Source: Lepidodermella squamata (Eukaryota > Animalia > Gastrotricha). From it: a stretch of 64,000 bases of DNA. Each line of letters starts with the position of its first letter. The stretch's first letter is position 1. The stretch lies in contig JBLDXI010000017.1 of assembly GCA_047495785.1 (NCBI GenBank), positions 3,472,001 to 3,536,000 of the forward strand, read 5' to 3'. Positions 24,178 to 38,477 of the stretch are shown here, in pieces. A program made the translations under genes and the position numbers. The notes under the pieces were generated by a model that was not told where the DNA came from, did not search any database, and worked only from the letters and a program-made list of their open reading frames with translations.

Positions 24178-27100
24178 ATGTGGTTTTTGAAGTTTCCAAG
24201 GGCGATTCCGAGGGCTGCAACAAAATCGTTTTTGCTTCCGTAAGTAGAATTTAATTGATAATTATCGATTTCTAGGTTTGTCATCCAGGGCTCGTTGCGC
24301 GTCGTTAGCTGTGAATGCAGCATCGCGTCAGCCAGCGGCATCTGATGGTTTCGGCAACACTAGACAATCCTTAGTGACGCTCGATAGAGAACTGCGCCGT
24401 TTTGGTAGAATCAGAACAGATCATTACACTAGTGCTCTCAATGACGCTGTTGAGCAAAGTAGGATTATTTTGTTATATTTCTATCAATTGCTATATACTA
24501 TATATCAACCATCAGAATTCCTGACTGCTCAACATGCAGTTCTTTTGCTGCGGTCTCTTGGATCAGCGCTATCTGATGAGCCTCCTAACGTTCGCGTCGA
24601 TTTGGCAAAATCTTTGTGGAGACAATTAGAAACCCTAGGTAAGAAAAGATGCATTGACTATTATTTTACAGATTCAATTCAATTCATCTTCATTAAGGAG
24701 TTAAACCTGACGTCGGCCTATTCAATGCTTTGCTGCAGGTTAACTATTAATATTCAATTCCTACCTTATCCATCAATCTCTAAATTTAAGACTTACATCG
24801 AAAACGACCATTTTGAGCAGCCGTCTGTTATTTTGGAAAAAATGAAAGCGGCCAATGTCACTCCGAACAAGGTGACTTATCAGCGCATCATCGGCCTATA
24901 TTGCCTGAAGGGTGACATAAACGCAGCCAGGTATGGTATTTCTAAAAATTCATTGAAAATTTATTAGCATAAATATATATTTAGCACTGTGCTCAATCAC
25001 ATGAAAAGCGAAGGACATCCCGTTAACGAGTCACTTTTCGCTCATCTTATCCATGGACACATAAGAGCAGGGTTTGTATTTTGAGGATTATTAATTACCT
25101 TGTCCCAAGAACAACTTTCCATTTTTCAGAGATGTTTCAGGCGCTAAGTCTATTTTCGAAACGATGAGGTTCGTGGGGTAAATTTTAGATGTAAGATGAA
25201 GGTCACTAACTAGGCTGCATTTCCAACATTAGAAAAGCTGGCATTGAACCAACCGCTTCGAGTTTCTCGATGTTGATGCTTGGATTTGCTGAACGTGGCG
25301 ATCTCGAGGCGATCGCAAGTGCAAGAAAGCTGGCAGGTGATTCCAATTGCCTCCTACTGCCCCGAGACTTCGTACCAACGATTATATCGCTCGCGAAACA
25401 TGGTCATTCTGATAAAATTCCCAACATTTTGGAGCTTATTACCAATCACGTTGGATACAATCGTGACATGATGGCAGCAATTTTACAGCTGTGTTCGATG
25501 AAAAAGTTCAACGAGGCCATTAATATTTTTTGGACTTTGAGACGGCCCAGCCCTTCGGCTGCTTCCAGTCTTGATGAGGTTTCAAGCGGTCAGCCTAGAG
25601 AGACTCAAGATTATGACGCTTTAGCGTCTCAGGCTTCGCCCATGTTGTTTGGCCGATTTCTAGTCAGGTCGTTGATTAAACATCGCGCACCTGTTGATAT
25701 GGTCGTTTCAACAATGGAGCAAATGCGTCAGAAAAGCATTAACAGCGACACATCGCTAGATGCAGCTCGCATAGCTGCCGAGTTTGGCAGAGTTGACCAG
25801 CTCCGAGAATGGTTTAAGCGGGTCAGGTCAGATGGACTTGTCAAGCCAACTTTACGTCAACATATGTTCTGGCCTATTTTCCGAGCCCTTGCTAGAACTG
25901 AAGGTGTTAAGGTGGAATCTATCGTTGAAATCTTGGATGACATGAAGGTAAATTCTATACGATTTGATTATCTGGTTTATTGAAATACGTATTGTAGTCG
26001 ATGAATGTCAACTTCGAAAACAACAGTTTTGTCACTATTCATGAATTCATCCTACCAGCTTTTGCTCGCGCAGTTGGCGGGGACAAAAATCTGGCGGCGT
26101 CTGTTGGTGGCTCTGATGCTGGAGTTCTCGCAAAGTTGGAAGTTGCCGGCTATCAGCCTGAGCATGTTTCGTTCTCGTGGTTGGTTTACCTAGTAAAGCA
26201 AGGTTTGACAGAAGAGGCGAAGGCACATCTGTCTAAGCAGCCAAAAATGCTTGTCTCACCGGCTTATTTGTGTGATTATTTGGCTGGACTACTGCGATCC
26301 AGCGAAGCCACGTTGAAACCTGTCGCCGAAATTCTTTCACTGTTGGAGAAGAACAAAAACATCGAAAACCCTGACACTGTTGAGCAGCTTGTCGGTCGAA
26401 CCTTGATTGAAGCTATTTTCGCTCGCAGAAGCACGGAATGGCCAACTAGCGTCATCGACACCTTTGCCAATGCTAGTCTGAAACCGTCAGCTGGTAGCGT
26501 GAGAGCTGCTCGCGGTGAACTTGAACGTCGCAATAGTTCCAGCGAGCTGTTGTCCCGTCTCGACAAAATCTCGATTGCCAAACCTCAGCAGGCCACTAGT
26601 AGGACTAACGAAAGATCCAGCCAGCGCACTCGACCTACAGCCACATCTGCTGTTTCCGGTAAATTCATTTAAAAATTGATCGAAATTCAGGACTAATGAC
26701 GTATTTAGATGACGAGTCTGCTATGGGAGATGACGAGGCAGAAGAGCTGAGTAAAATGACAGCTGAGCAACTCGAATCTGCCCTGGCCAAGGCCAAGGAG
26801 TCTCAAAAACCAACACTGCGGGTAGAGAAATACCTCTTGATGCGGTATTGTCAATTCGGGGACGTGGAGAAAGCTGAACAGCTTAAAACTAAGGTCTGCA
26901 ATATTTTATTGAATTTAATGATCGAGGTTCTTAACTGTTTCTCTTTAAGCTGGAATCGAGAAACTTCATTTACCCACCTTCAATGTTGCGGGCTCTCTTG
27001 ACGCTGGCTGCTGCTCACAAGCAAAGCCTCCCTGAAGCCATGGCGATGAAGTGAGCTAATTTCAAGTTTTCTGATAATTCAATAGCCATGATTTAATAGG

Positions 27101-29400
27101 GAAAAATTGGAATCAGCCGGTGGACTAGCTTCTCCTGGGGCTGCTATCGACATCGCCGCTCTTCAGGTTAAAGACGGACAATCTGCTGATGCTGTTCTGC
27201 AATCGATTCGCGAGTACGCTGAGAGGCAGTCTTCGATGTTGAGCAAGCGGCAAATGGGTCAATCGATGATTCTGTACAGACCTAGCTCGCGATTGGTTCA
27301 GGCTTTCATCGACAAAGGCCAAAATGCGGACGCGGCGAAGGCCATGTTGGTAAGTTTTGAATGTAATTTGTCCCTACATGATTTAGTTTCTTCGTGTTTT
27401 AGACTTTAATCGAGAACAACTTGATCTCGCCACGCTGTCAAGTACTTGGCGATGCATGCGTTAATGCCTTCATAAAAGCGAAGGATTGGGATGGCCTGGT
27501 TGATTTAGTTGAGACCATGGCGCGCAAGCACAAAACCGTGATTGCTTCGAATGACGTTTTGACTGCACTACTGCAGGCCGGAGACGATCAAAAAGCGAAG
27601 TTGCAGCGATGCATCGAAGCTATGTCGTCTTGCCAAGGAGAAATGGCTACGCTCAACGCCTTAATCGTGAGCCTGGTTGAATGCAATAAGCTGAATGAAG
27701 CTAGGAAAGTCCTTGAAACACCTGGACTCCGAGCGTTACCTCGCTACCTGTCATGGGCGTGTGAAAACTTGGCGGCTAAGGGCAAGCACGATGCTATTTT
27801 CTCTCTCATCAGCGTAGTGCGAGGGCTCTACAACGCAGACATCGAAGACATGTATTTCCGCCTGATTAAGGCGTTCGGCCGGGCTAAAGATGCGAAGACG
27901 TCTGCTGAGCCGGGCTGGAAGAAGGCGCTCAAAGTTTACGAGCGATTCGAGGAAGAATCCGTCCAGCCGAGGCCCCGAACCCTGCGCTACTTGGCTGATA
28001 TCCTCACTGACAGCAACCAGCCTGTACCGTTTCAAGTTCCCCAAGTTGGATCCCGCCAGGATTCTTCCGCCTCGGGTGAATCGAAGCCATCATCGGCGTC
28101 GAGTGCAAGTGATGGCGATGCTTCCATTGCGATTCTTAAACACGTCCGCCGAGCTGTTGAACTGCTAAGCCGCAACCAGGTCGAGGACGTTGTCGCTATC
28201 CGATCCCAACTCGATCGCTCACCCGACTCGGCCGAAGGATCTCAAGGTAATATAAGAGTTTTCTGTACAGTTCTTCGTGTAACATTGTATTATTATTGAA
28301 GATTCTAAGCCTCTTGGAACAACTTTCATGCGTCTGCTGGTTCAACAGCTTATCGACAAACATTCACATGATCTTTTGGTTAAACTGTCATCGTCTCTCG
28401 CATCGTCCGGATCAGTCTCCGATCTTGCATTATTGCGGTAAGCCCACTCGACTAATAGCTTCATTATATAATTGTTGGGTTATTTTCCTTTTAAAAGAGA
28501 CGTTGCTGGCAGCAAAACAAGCCAACCGCTTCCAGACTGGTGCTGGGAGAAACTGAGCGTTGATTTTGCTGCGGCTCACGACAAAGCCGGTCAATTGAAT
28601 AAATATGTTTCAACGCTCCAGTCTGACGGGCTCTCGAGCGGGGACTTGCGCCGTTACTTATCCTCAGGAGCGTTGTCGGTTCTTCACAAATCGAGCTCGA
28701 AAGAAGTGTGGGGTGACGTTGAAAAAGTCATCCGCAAATCAGCTTCGAATATGACGTCTACGTCAGAGGCCGGCAATTCCGTGAATATCGACAACATGAG
28801 TTTACTTAACCGTTTCTGGACCTGCTGCATCTTGAACAAAGACCTCGATCGTGCGAAGCGTTTGGAGAAGGACTTCCCTCAACTGTAAGGGAATTACAGT
28901 TGAACTCTGTTCACTTATTCGAATTGAAATTTTTTAGGTTGGAGCGTCCGCCTCTCGCAGGCATTCTTCGGCAGGTCAAAACGCTGCCTCTGCAACAAGA
29001 TGCTGTGCCAATATTCGATCATCTACTGACTTCCTTCAAGGATAAGTCAAACCATGGTGCCTTTGTTCTCAGCTACGCTCTGCCGATGCTCGCTGCTGAG
29101 GGCCACTGGGACGCTGTGCGTCAACGGGTTACCGCCATGACTACTGCTGGAATTCAGCCGGAAACTTTGCGTCCATTTGCCATTGCTCAACTTCAATCTG
29201 CTGCTGAGCAAAATAAAGTCGAACTGCCCGCGGAACTCGCTCATTTGCCGAAGCAAACTTTACCTGAGAAGACTGAAAATCAAACCGAAAATCGAAAGCC
29301 GAGGGAATCAAGTGATTCATCGAACAAGAATCAGGCCAAGCCTAAACGCGAACGTCAGCCTAAGCAAGCGAAGCAGCCCAAAACTGAGAAATCGGAATAA
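24178..29400 (+). CDS. LRPPRC: Leucine-rich PPR-motif protein, mitochondrial (LRPPRC/bsf)
   Basis: Transit-peptide-like start (MWFLKFPRAIPRAATKS), LDRELRRFGRI, PPR repeats (NVTPNKVTYQRIIGLYC..GD), RQHMFWP, EARKVLETPGLR and PRPRTLRYLADIL...QPVPF. More than 12 short introns. Confidence 0.92.
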
Positions 29401-29861
29401 ATATGTCGAAAAGTGCCATTAATGACTTTTTGGTGGCATAAATATAATCATGTGCTAGTAGATTACGTGATACACGTAGACCCGCGGTGTTAATTTTGTA
29501 TAAAAACGAAAAAAACAACCTGCTTTTAGAAACAACGACAACCCGGAATGTCTTTACGTGCCAAGCCAAAGTGCGTTGTTAGTGCTTCAATAAAATGCTC
29601 AGTTTTGAGGGTGATAATAAAATGGAGGCCTTTTTATTCAATAATAAATGCTTTGGAAAAATAGCTGTAGCAACGATTTTCTTGCGGTTATTCGACCTTC
29701 GTTGGCGCCGCTATTTAGAGACCAGTTTTAGTTGAATTCAGGTCTTATACTCGCTCACAATCCAGCTTGTTTCTCCGTTCATCTCTAAACCTGATGCAGA
29801 AACTGAATTTCAAGTTGAAGATGGTAGAATATACTTGACCAATACAGCCTTTCGATCAAGG

Positions 29862-31296
29862 TCAGTAAAATAGTTCGGAAACCGTGAACCAGCCCAACCC
29901 TGTCGCACTAGTACTCCTTGGTTTTTCCGGTTTTTCGGTAACTATACTTGTGTTGATCTTATTGCCAGTATTAAATTTGTATGGCAAGCGCTGTCGCCAT
30001 ACGAATATACCTACTAATTTACCCCGTCGTTCTATGAGACATTTTATTGTCATCATTTGAGTCCAATAATGCTTCTTACAGGTGAATAGGTAAATTAAAA
30101 GGGCAAGCTGTGAATTCATTCGTAACAAATCACACTCTCAAAATAGTTCGCTAAAGCCATCATCTTCTTAGTCACTGGATCCTGTACGAGAACGGCACGA
30201 TCGTGGTAACAGGTAGGCTCTGAGGCCCAAGCTGGTTCGTATGTGTCCTTCGCTCCAGCTTTGAACATCTAAAGTCAGAATTTGTTAATATGGCCAGAAA
30301 GTTACTAGCTATAAACGAATTACTTGCAGCCGGTCGTTTACCGCGTCCGCAACGAGAAGATTGCCACGAATATCAAAGCTCATTTCATGTGGGAAAGTGA
30401 CAGTGCCAAGTAATTTTTCTTCATCGCTCGCATTAGCCAGAATTCCTATAGAAAATCATTCACAAATTGCACGATACTCAAGCTACGACGACTTTACCAG
30501 CATATCTGTAACCGGAATCATCGTCAACCGCGTTTTCGGCTTTAGGTTTGGCTGTGAAAGGCGCTGAGTGAGGGTCTGTGTTAACATAGAGGAAAACACA
30601 AGAGCTTTCCCAGTCACTGACAGCAAGCAAAATCTTGCTATCGCTGGCGCAGTGAATAGCGCAATACCACGGCTCCATTCTCAAGTTTTCGGAATCTCGG
30701 CAATTCAACGATGCGATCATATCAGCACTCACTGGAGTCCCAGAACTGAGACGCCAGATGTCAATAGATCCCTTTTCGTAATTGCAGGTATAAAGAATTC
30801 GCCTCTTCGCGTCAATCGAAATGCCGCAAAATGAGTTGCCGTGGTTTTTTGCGGTGCCAATGAGTGTCTTCAGCTTGAGACCTCCTCTGGAACCCTTTGC
30901 ATCTTCGGCCAAAGCTTGCCTGCTAACTTGATATATCTCCTTGTCACCAGGGCTGTGGAGGATAATGTAAAAATGATCCGTGACTGGATCATAAGCTGAA
31001 TATTCCAATTGGAAACGTTCAACCGGCATATCTTGACCTTCGGGAAGCTTCACTACACCCACCCATTCGGTCGTCGATAAATTTTCATGAGACTGAAACT
31101 GCACGACCAAGTTCAAAATTCAAAATAGGTAGACTGTTCTGAACGTTACCATTATTTCACCGTTTCGGCAAACCACAGCGAGATTAATAGCGCCTGGTTT
31201 CACGGAGCACGGCACGATAGCTTGCACATATGACGGGCCTTTGACTAGGGTCCTGGCGGGCTGGCTACTCCAAGTGAAGTAATCGTGATCAGCCAT
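29862..31296 (-). CDS. NHL-repeat/beta-propeller-like protein; 3' exon uncertain (alternative end ~29745)
   Basis: Spliced ORF starting MADHDYFTWSS. NHL-like blades GISIDAKRRILY, EPWYCAI..LAVSDWESSCV and FPHEMSFDIRGNLLVADAVNDRLQMF. Confidence 0.6.
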
Positions 31297-31979
31297 ACTG
31301 ATCCAAGTGATTTAGAGCGCAAAAAAGGCTTGTGGAGTTGCTTGTATCGCAACTCACCAGTAAAAATCTACCCCGGTAAGCACTAGGTCGTCACTGCATT
31401 TTTCGAAAAGACCACATACCGCGAACTGATAATCAGCGATTGGGCCTATGCATGTTTAGTCGATCAATAGAAACGATTAGTGACAAGCCGCAAAATTTAA
31501 ACCTGGAGTAAGATCTACGCGGCATTGTGGCAATCGATTCATAAATATTAATTGCACAAGTATAACGTGAACTAAGTTGCGAATAATAAATGTCTTATCC
31601 CCATCCCGTATTTGCGTGCTTATTCGTGTTCCCGTCAGTCGTCAATTTCTGATTGATCAGGTTGCAGCACCCCAGGATCCCGCCGCGCCAGCCGTGTTTT
31701 GACGGCGTCCAACCGGTAAAATGTGGCAAAACACAACAAGTGTTGGTACTCCTGAATGGTCAGTTTATTCATTCACCGTGATTAAAAGTGTCACGTCAGC
31801 ATAATACGAATATAAACATAAAAATATAATGATGCTAATGCACTCGAATATCATACATATCACAGAAAAAATAGAAAAAGCACTAAAATTCATGCGGTTG
31901 CTTTGATTATCACAGAAAATGAGAAAGGGTAGTAGCTTGATTGTACTCATTGGAAAGACATGCGATGATAATATAAAAA

Positions 31980-34900
31980 TTAGGGGTTTGATAACTGCTT
32001 AACTTGCATACCAGCAAGTGTGAGGTGAGGTGCAAAAAGTTGAACAGCCGTTCGCCACTTCAAACCTTCTGAAATAATGAAATAATTCCGAGCCTCAAAA
32101 ATAGGATGTAATCTCACCTTTGCTTTGGTCATCGCAAAATTTAGCAGCATTAGCTAACAGTTTTGAAGCCATCGACAGATTTCTCTCAGCTGTGTGTCTG
32201 TAACTATTCCTGTTGGCGACCAAACAAGAGGGGGAACAGTCCTCTCGAGCGATGCCTTCAATAGCGAAGTTGACCAGCATCAAGTGGCAAAGTAGGAGAT
32301 TAGCCCAGGCAATAGGCTGGCTGTCGTCCATGTCTGTTCGAATCGTGTCCATGGCATCGGCCAGCAAACCAATAGCAAAACTGATTTTGGATTGTGCCAT
32401 AGCTATACCAGCCAAAGACATTAGCAGGTGGCAACGTAGCACAGATTTCGGCATAAAAAATTCTTCATTCATGACTGTTTTCTGACAAGCAGTCAGTGTA
32501 TTGGTCGATATACTCGATGCAAAATGAACCAAGTCGCTGGTGTGATATAGGATGTGAAGTGTCAAAGGACAGCCCAACATCGCACTCAGGCACTGTGACT
32601 TGAATTCCGAAGGTAATCGACGCATTGGAGATTTTTCAAGCAAAAGAGCACCCAGGTTCATTGTCGCAAGAGGTCCGGGGTTCGCTAAATAGAACGAGGC
32701 GAGCTGAAGCTTCGCTTTTTCTACCATCGCTATCGTTATTGAAAGCTGGCCATGTTCAACCAACCTCAAAAACTGGAAACAAGAAATTTAGATAGTCTCG
32801 AATGCTCGACAGGATAAAACATACCTGACTCCTGAAGTTCAACTTAATTATGCTCGGTATCCCTCCTGAAGATTGAGCAGTCACTTCTGGTGAAGAATGG
32901 GAGACTAGACCGATCGATTCAAGGCCATTGATGAGATTCAGCCACAAGCCAATGGGCAATTTTCCGATCAGGAGAAACATTTCTTCGGGTAAAATGCCGT
33001 ATTCACAACATGCTAAAGTCGATATTGTATCGCAAGTAAGATCAACATTGCCAAGGAATGGAACCCTAGTTACGTGATTCCATAAATCGCGAAGAAAATC
33101 GTCGTCAGTCCGATTATTTACTAGGGCAATGCAGTTTTGCGGGAATTGAATGCTATAGCAAATCACTTTAATTCCCAGAAGAATCCGTAGCATCGATAAC
33201 TCTTTTGAATCTTCGATCCAATTCAAGCACGTCGACTCGAAGTCGGCAGGTGATACCACATTATTGCAAGTTATAGCGCACAGCTTTTTAGCAATCAAGG
33301 GGTATTCCGATTCATGAAGGTTAGCAACTTCCAGTAGTTGTTGAATATCTAAGCCCTCACAAGCAGCCTTCGCCTCGTCGTAAGAACTGGCAGCAACAAA
33401 TAAGACAAAGCGGCACTTATTTTCAATTTCATTCAGCTTAGGTATGAATAACGACAAGAATCTCTTTGAATCGAATGCGCTCTCAAAGTCATCCATAGAA
33501 AATACGAAGATAAGCTGGCCTTTGAAAATATCTGCGAACAGTGAAATACGACGAGAAACCTCAGCGCGCATGTTTTCCAGGCTGATTATGGCATAGCGTA
33601 GAGGTGGGTCCAGCTCGATCATACTGTCCAGCCACCTTACAACTTGTGTCATCGCATCGATAGCGCAATCCTGCTCGTTTAGCGATGAACGAATGCATAT
33701 ATGGCAAACAATGAAATCGGAAGATGACGAAATAAGTGAAAGCCAGCGCATCATGATTAATTCCAATCGAATGGGATCCTGGCATGTAACAACAACGGGT
33801 AATTTTGCCTCGCGAATTGCCAAATTCAGTTGAGACAGGTAAAATGCGTCAGATTGCAACTCTAGAGTTGATGCATCGAATCCAAAAGAAAATACCGGCC
33901 TCCTGATTGCGAATCCGTTGTAAAAATGATGCCCAAGCGATGACAAGACAGCTGGTTTCAAATCAGGCGCAGGTTTCGTTTTTGAAAGGTCGCTTGCAAG
34001 AAAATTAGGCGGAAACGTGAAATTATTGTTGCCTTGCTCATCCACTGTAAACTGGATGACATCAGCGCCAATATGGTTTTGAGGCAAGGCATAACCACCG
34101 TCAGCACCACTCGCTAGATAAAATGCCCGCACTTCACCAACCGATGCAGGTAAAGACCTGATTTCAAGGATGCTATTATCAGCGAAGACAGGTACAACAC
34201 TGAAATTTGTCTCGGTGGCATACATATTCAAACGGAAATCCGCCAGGTTGTACTTGATCAAGTGTTGCAACGCAACCTCGGAAGAATCTGTTGAGCTGAT
34301 GAACAATGCGCAAAGTTTGCTCCGCTCGGCAATTCTAGGTGATTTCAGACTAATCCTACGCGATGGAAACTGCTTTGCTGTAAAAAGGGTGGGCATTTCC
34401 GCGGGAGATGCTGAAGATGCCATTGTCGGGATCCTGCGCATGCCACGCATGGTTTGCGGGTCGTTTTGGTCCGCAGCATCTCCGATTCGTAATTTGCTTT
34501 CGAAAGCACTCGATCTCTTCAACAGCATTTCAGCCTGTGACTTCCAATGCAAGAGGTCAGCTTGCACTTGCGAATATGCAGAACGTAAGGCTTTCAATTC
34601 TCCAATCAGACGTTTGTTCTCCCGCCGAGTTTTCGATAGAAGTACCTTTAAACTTTTGACCTGCGAAACCATTGCATCGTTATCGCCTTCCCTCAATATT
34701 TCATTCGCTGACTCTTCAAAGAAGACAGAATTGTGCAGATCCTGCGAATGATTAGGTACATCGATGGTGTCTACGGGTAGGCTGCTTAGGCTCATTTCTC
34801 GTCTCAATTCAAAGGGAACAGTTAAAATGCCCCCATTGCGATCTCCGAATCGGCCACTTTCACTCTGGCCCTGTTCCAGATGGCCTCCATTTTGCTCGAC

Positions 34901-34996
34901 TTGTTCGTGACTTGGAGCAAGGTTTAATAACAGACAACTGCATTTGCTGCTTTGATCTGAGTCGCGATTCGATTCGCCAGAAAAATTACCTCCCAT
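31980..34996 (-). CDS. NPHP3: Nephrocystin-3-like protein (~970 aa, divergent)
   Basis: Exons 34996-32825, 32772-32118 and 32068-31980. MG N-terminus (myristoylation-type) and coiled coil RENKRLIGELKALRSAY, resembling NPHP3 ENKRLRAELQALQKTY as recalled. This is followed by a degenerate alpha/beta region and a helical tail. Confidence 0.6.
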
Positions 34997-35303
34997 TACA
35001 TCACTACAATAAGAAATGGAAATATAGTTTCTTAAATCTCACAACTTGACTGAAACCGGTCAAATTGAATGTCATATAATATTCACACATTATGACAATG
35101 CCACAAAAATTGAGGCTATAATCATTTATCTCACTCTTGACATTATCAACTCGTTGTTCAAAATAAAACCATACTATTTCCGAATTTCTAGCAATTACAT
35201 AACATCAATGTCGATTCGATATCGCAAGTCCTTACTCGGCTTATTTCATGACGCCAAACAAAAGTTAAGCAAACAAAAAATTGCCGCATTAATTCTCAGG
35301 ACA

Positions 35304-37414
35304 TCACATTAAGCCGAGCGAAGAAAAGAAAGACGAAAATGCCATGGGTTTGACGTCTGGATGAGACACTGCTTCGAATGTTGTGAACTTCGGCGTACAG
35401 CTGTCGCCCGTTAACGTAATGAAAGCACCCTAATAATCACAAAAAAGTCGACTGGTTTTTGGCAACTAGAAGTAAAAGTTACCTTATTTCCCATTTGATC
35501 GCAGTAATTAGGAGCGGAGAAGACTGGCAGGACACAAAGAATATATATGCCAAGAAGCAATGGCAAAGCAAGTTTACCTGTTATGCATTTACCACCATGC
35601 GCAACTTCGTAGCCATCCTCTTTGACCTAAACGAAATTTGGATAGTTCTTTAAAAAGGGGGAGGATTCTAACCAAAATCCTTACCTCGTGAGAGCGAATG
35701 ACAAAATCTAGCTTATTCAACTTCAGGAATGCTTGCGTAATATCAGGGCCAAATCTTAAACAGAAAACATGAGCTAAACATAAGTGTTGAGTTGGTCAAT
35801 CATACTGCGATGACACTCCTCTCTTTGATGGGGATCTACCGGGGAGAGGTTGTGGATCTGCCCACAAAACGTCGCACATGATACCCGAGTCGGGTGGCTG
35901 CCTGACACGATCGGTCTGAATAAAATAGGATTAAATCAGCAGTCAAATCTCTGACATCTTACCTTCGCGATAGCATCCAAGGTGACGCCATCTTCGCTGA
36001 AGAGGCCACCATGGACGCAGAAAACTCGGTCATTGATTACATGTGCTAATGGCAGGTAACAAAAGCAGTCCGTGAACAGTTCAACCATGTCGCCGGAATA
36101 TTTTGTTTTGACTTCGCCTGAATAACACGGTAAGTGAACCTCAATTACTTTATGACCGTCGCTTACCCTCGAATCCATACATTTGGTTCATATTTTCGGA
36201 TTCGTGATTTCCTCGGGCTAAGAAGAAGTGATCAGGGTATAGCAGCTTGTACGCGAACAGAGTAACTGGAATTGAGAAGAAGCATTACGGCAAATATTCT
36301 TTATATAATCCTTACAGATGCACTCCACCGAAAAAGATCCGCGATCGACAAAGTCGCCGTTGAACAAATACGGATTTTCAGCTGAACAATCAATGATGTA
36401 ATAAAGCATTATCTCGGCAATTAAATATTGCTTACCCGATGGTTTCCCATTCAGCTCGAAAATATGAAGAAGGTCGTAAAATTGACCGTGAACATCACCA
36501 CACACAGTAAACCTTCCTGAGCTTGGAAAATTTATCTTGACAAGCGATGGTAGCTTTTGTAAGTAAGCTTTGACCTGTCAGAAAATAAAAAATAATCAAT
36601 TTGCAGATCCGTATGTAGCAGCAGATAGCAAACATACTTGGAAAATGATCTGATAAGCGAACTTCTTGTGAAGCTTTTTCTGAGCTTTGAAATGGACAAG
36701 CATCTCGTCGACAAAAGACTGCGTAACGCGACCGTCCATCAAACGTGGACCGTCATATGAATCCTCAATCGCTAAAATTAAGAATAGTTTAACGGCAAGA
36801 TTTTACAATATATTAAGACATGCCCATAGCGTCTATCTCAGATTCGGAGACAGTGGGTTTCTTTGATTTGTCCTCTACTGCTATTGCTCTTTCGAAGGCT
36901 TGGCGGCGAACAATTTTCGAGCATTCGTTGTATTTCGATTGAGCATCCTTATCTCGGGGACAGACCTTCACAACAGCCTCGAAGTCCTTGAGAGCCAGTT
37001 TGAATTTCCCAAGAGCCATATAGGCGGTGGCACGACGGTAGTAAGCCTATGACACAATTATTATAACTAATAAATAAATTGTATAAGATCAACCTTGACA
37101 TATTGAGGATCTAGCTCCAGAGCTTTGTTTGCATCAGTCAAGGCGTATCCAAAGCATTCGGTCTTAATGTGTGCAAAGCTTCGGTTAGCATAGTAAGCTG
37201 CAACGTTGGGATTTAATTCGATGGCACTGCTGTACAGTTCTATCGCATGACCATAGTCTTTATCTATCAAATCGACGACATCTCATGTTAAAAGATGAGA
37301 AAAAATGAGGCTGGACTTACTTTTGAAATAATCGTTCGCCTTGTCTTTCAGCTTTTCGGCTTCGGCTAAGCTGCTCTCGGAAACCGCTTCTGGCGTTGCT
37401 TTGTCTGCAAGCAT
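35304..37414 (-). CDS. PPP5C: Serine/threonine protein phosphatase 5
   Basis: Three N-terminal TPRs ([19 protein letters not shown]) plus PPP motifs GDVHGQ, GDFVDRG, RGNHES, HGGLF and FSAPNYCD. About a dozen short introns. Confidence 0.97.
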
Positions 37415-38477
37415 TTCACCTCAATTAAACCCTTGGAAAAGGAGGAAAAACATAAAAACGATGTGCTAGGGAATGACATTTTCATAATAGGCAATAATTA
37501 TAATAATATAAATGTCTAAATCTCGGCGAGCCGTGAATTGATCTATGAACAATAAGAGATAGTTATCATATCTGTTTTCAACTCATCGAGCTCTCAAGGT
37601 TCAACGCTACATATAATATATTCTTAGCTGCGAGGTAGTGTGATATAAACTACACTGGAATCTTGAAAGGACTTAAAATAAAAGCTGTCACGTCGCTAAA
37701 CCATCTTTCTTCATGGTAAGTAACCATATATTCAAGAAGCCCACGGTTAATGAAGTTAACCAAGACAGGTATATAGAAACTGCAGCAACCTGCACAAGAA
37801 CCTGCAGAATTGTGGCAACTAAACTTTTGATTATATTTCGACTTGATTTTTCGAATTCAGGCCCAGCCCTTGCGGACAAACCATTCTTCCATGCCGGAAC
37901 ACAATTTGGCCCATATTATACTCAATAGCATTCGTTTATAACCATTAAATAGAACGCATGTGCCAATATAAAAAGGTTCTGAAAAGGTTTGGAGCCGAAT
38001 CAGATCTGGTTCCACCTCCGACCTCACTTTTACGAGATTAATCAAGCGTCTTCGAATTGAAAAATTATCATCAACATGATTTTTTTTAACATTGATCGAG
38101 AAAGAGAAAAATCAAAGAAACTTCACGACAAGACAGCAAAATCTCAGCCAATCACCCACATCGTCGATAGCTCGATAGTCCTCCCGATCGTTCACTGCGC
38201 ACTCATCGCAAAGCTGAGAACTTCAAAAAATATTACCGCCATTAAATTTAAAAATTATAAAATGCTTAAAAGTTTGTTTTTTCTGCAGCAGAATTGAATT
38301 TATTAATTTATTGGGTGATGATCGGCAAAAATTATTTTATTCGTGCGCACTGAGGCTAGTTTAACGCGTTACGTTTTTCTCAAAATGCGTAACGCGTTAT
38401 TTTACCCGTTTTTGTCACGCGTTACGCATTTTCTGCAAGGCAAGAAATATCCTCAAAAAAGCGCTTAAAAAAACAAG

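Noticed and set aside
37688-38297. Short ORFs between PPP5C and the palindrome (similarly 16686-16949, 23639-24077, 40446-41461)
   Set aside because: No recognisable motifs or coherent splice structure.
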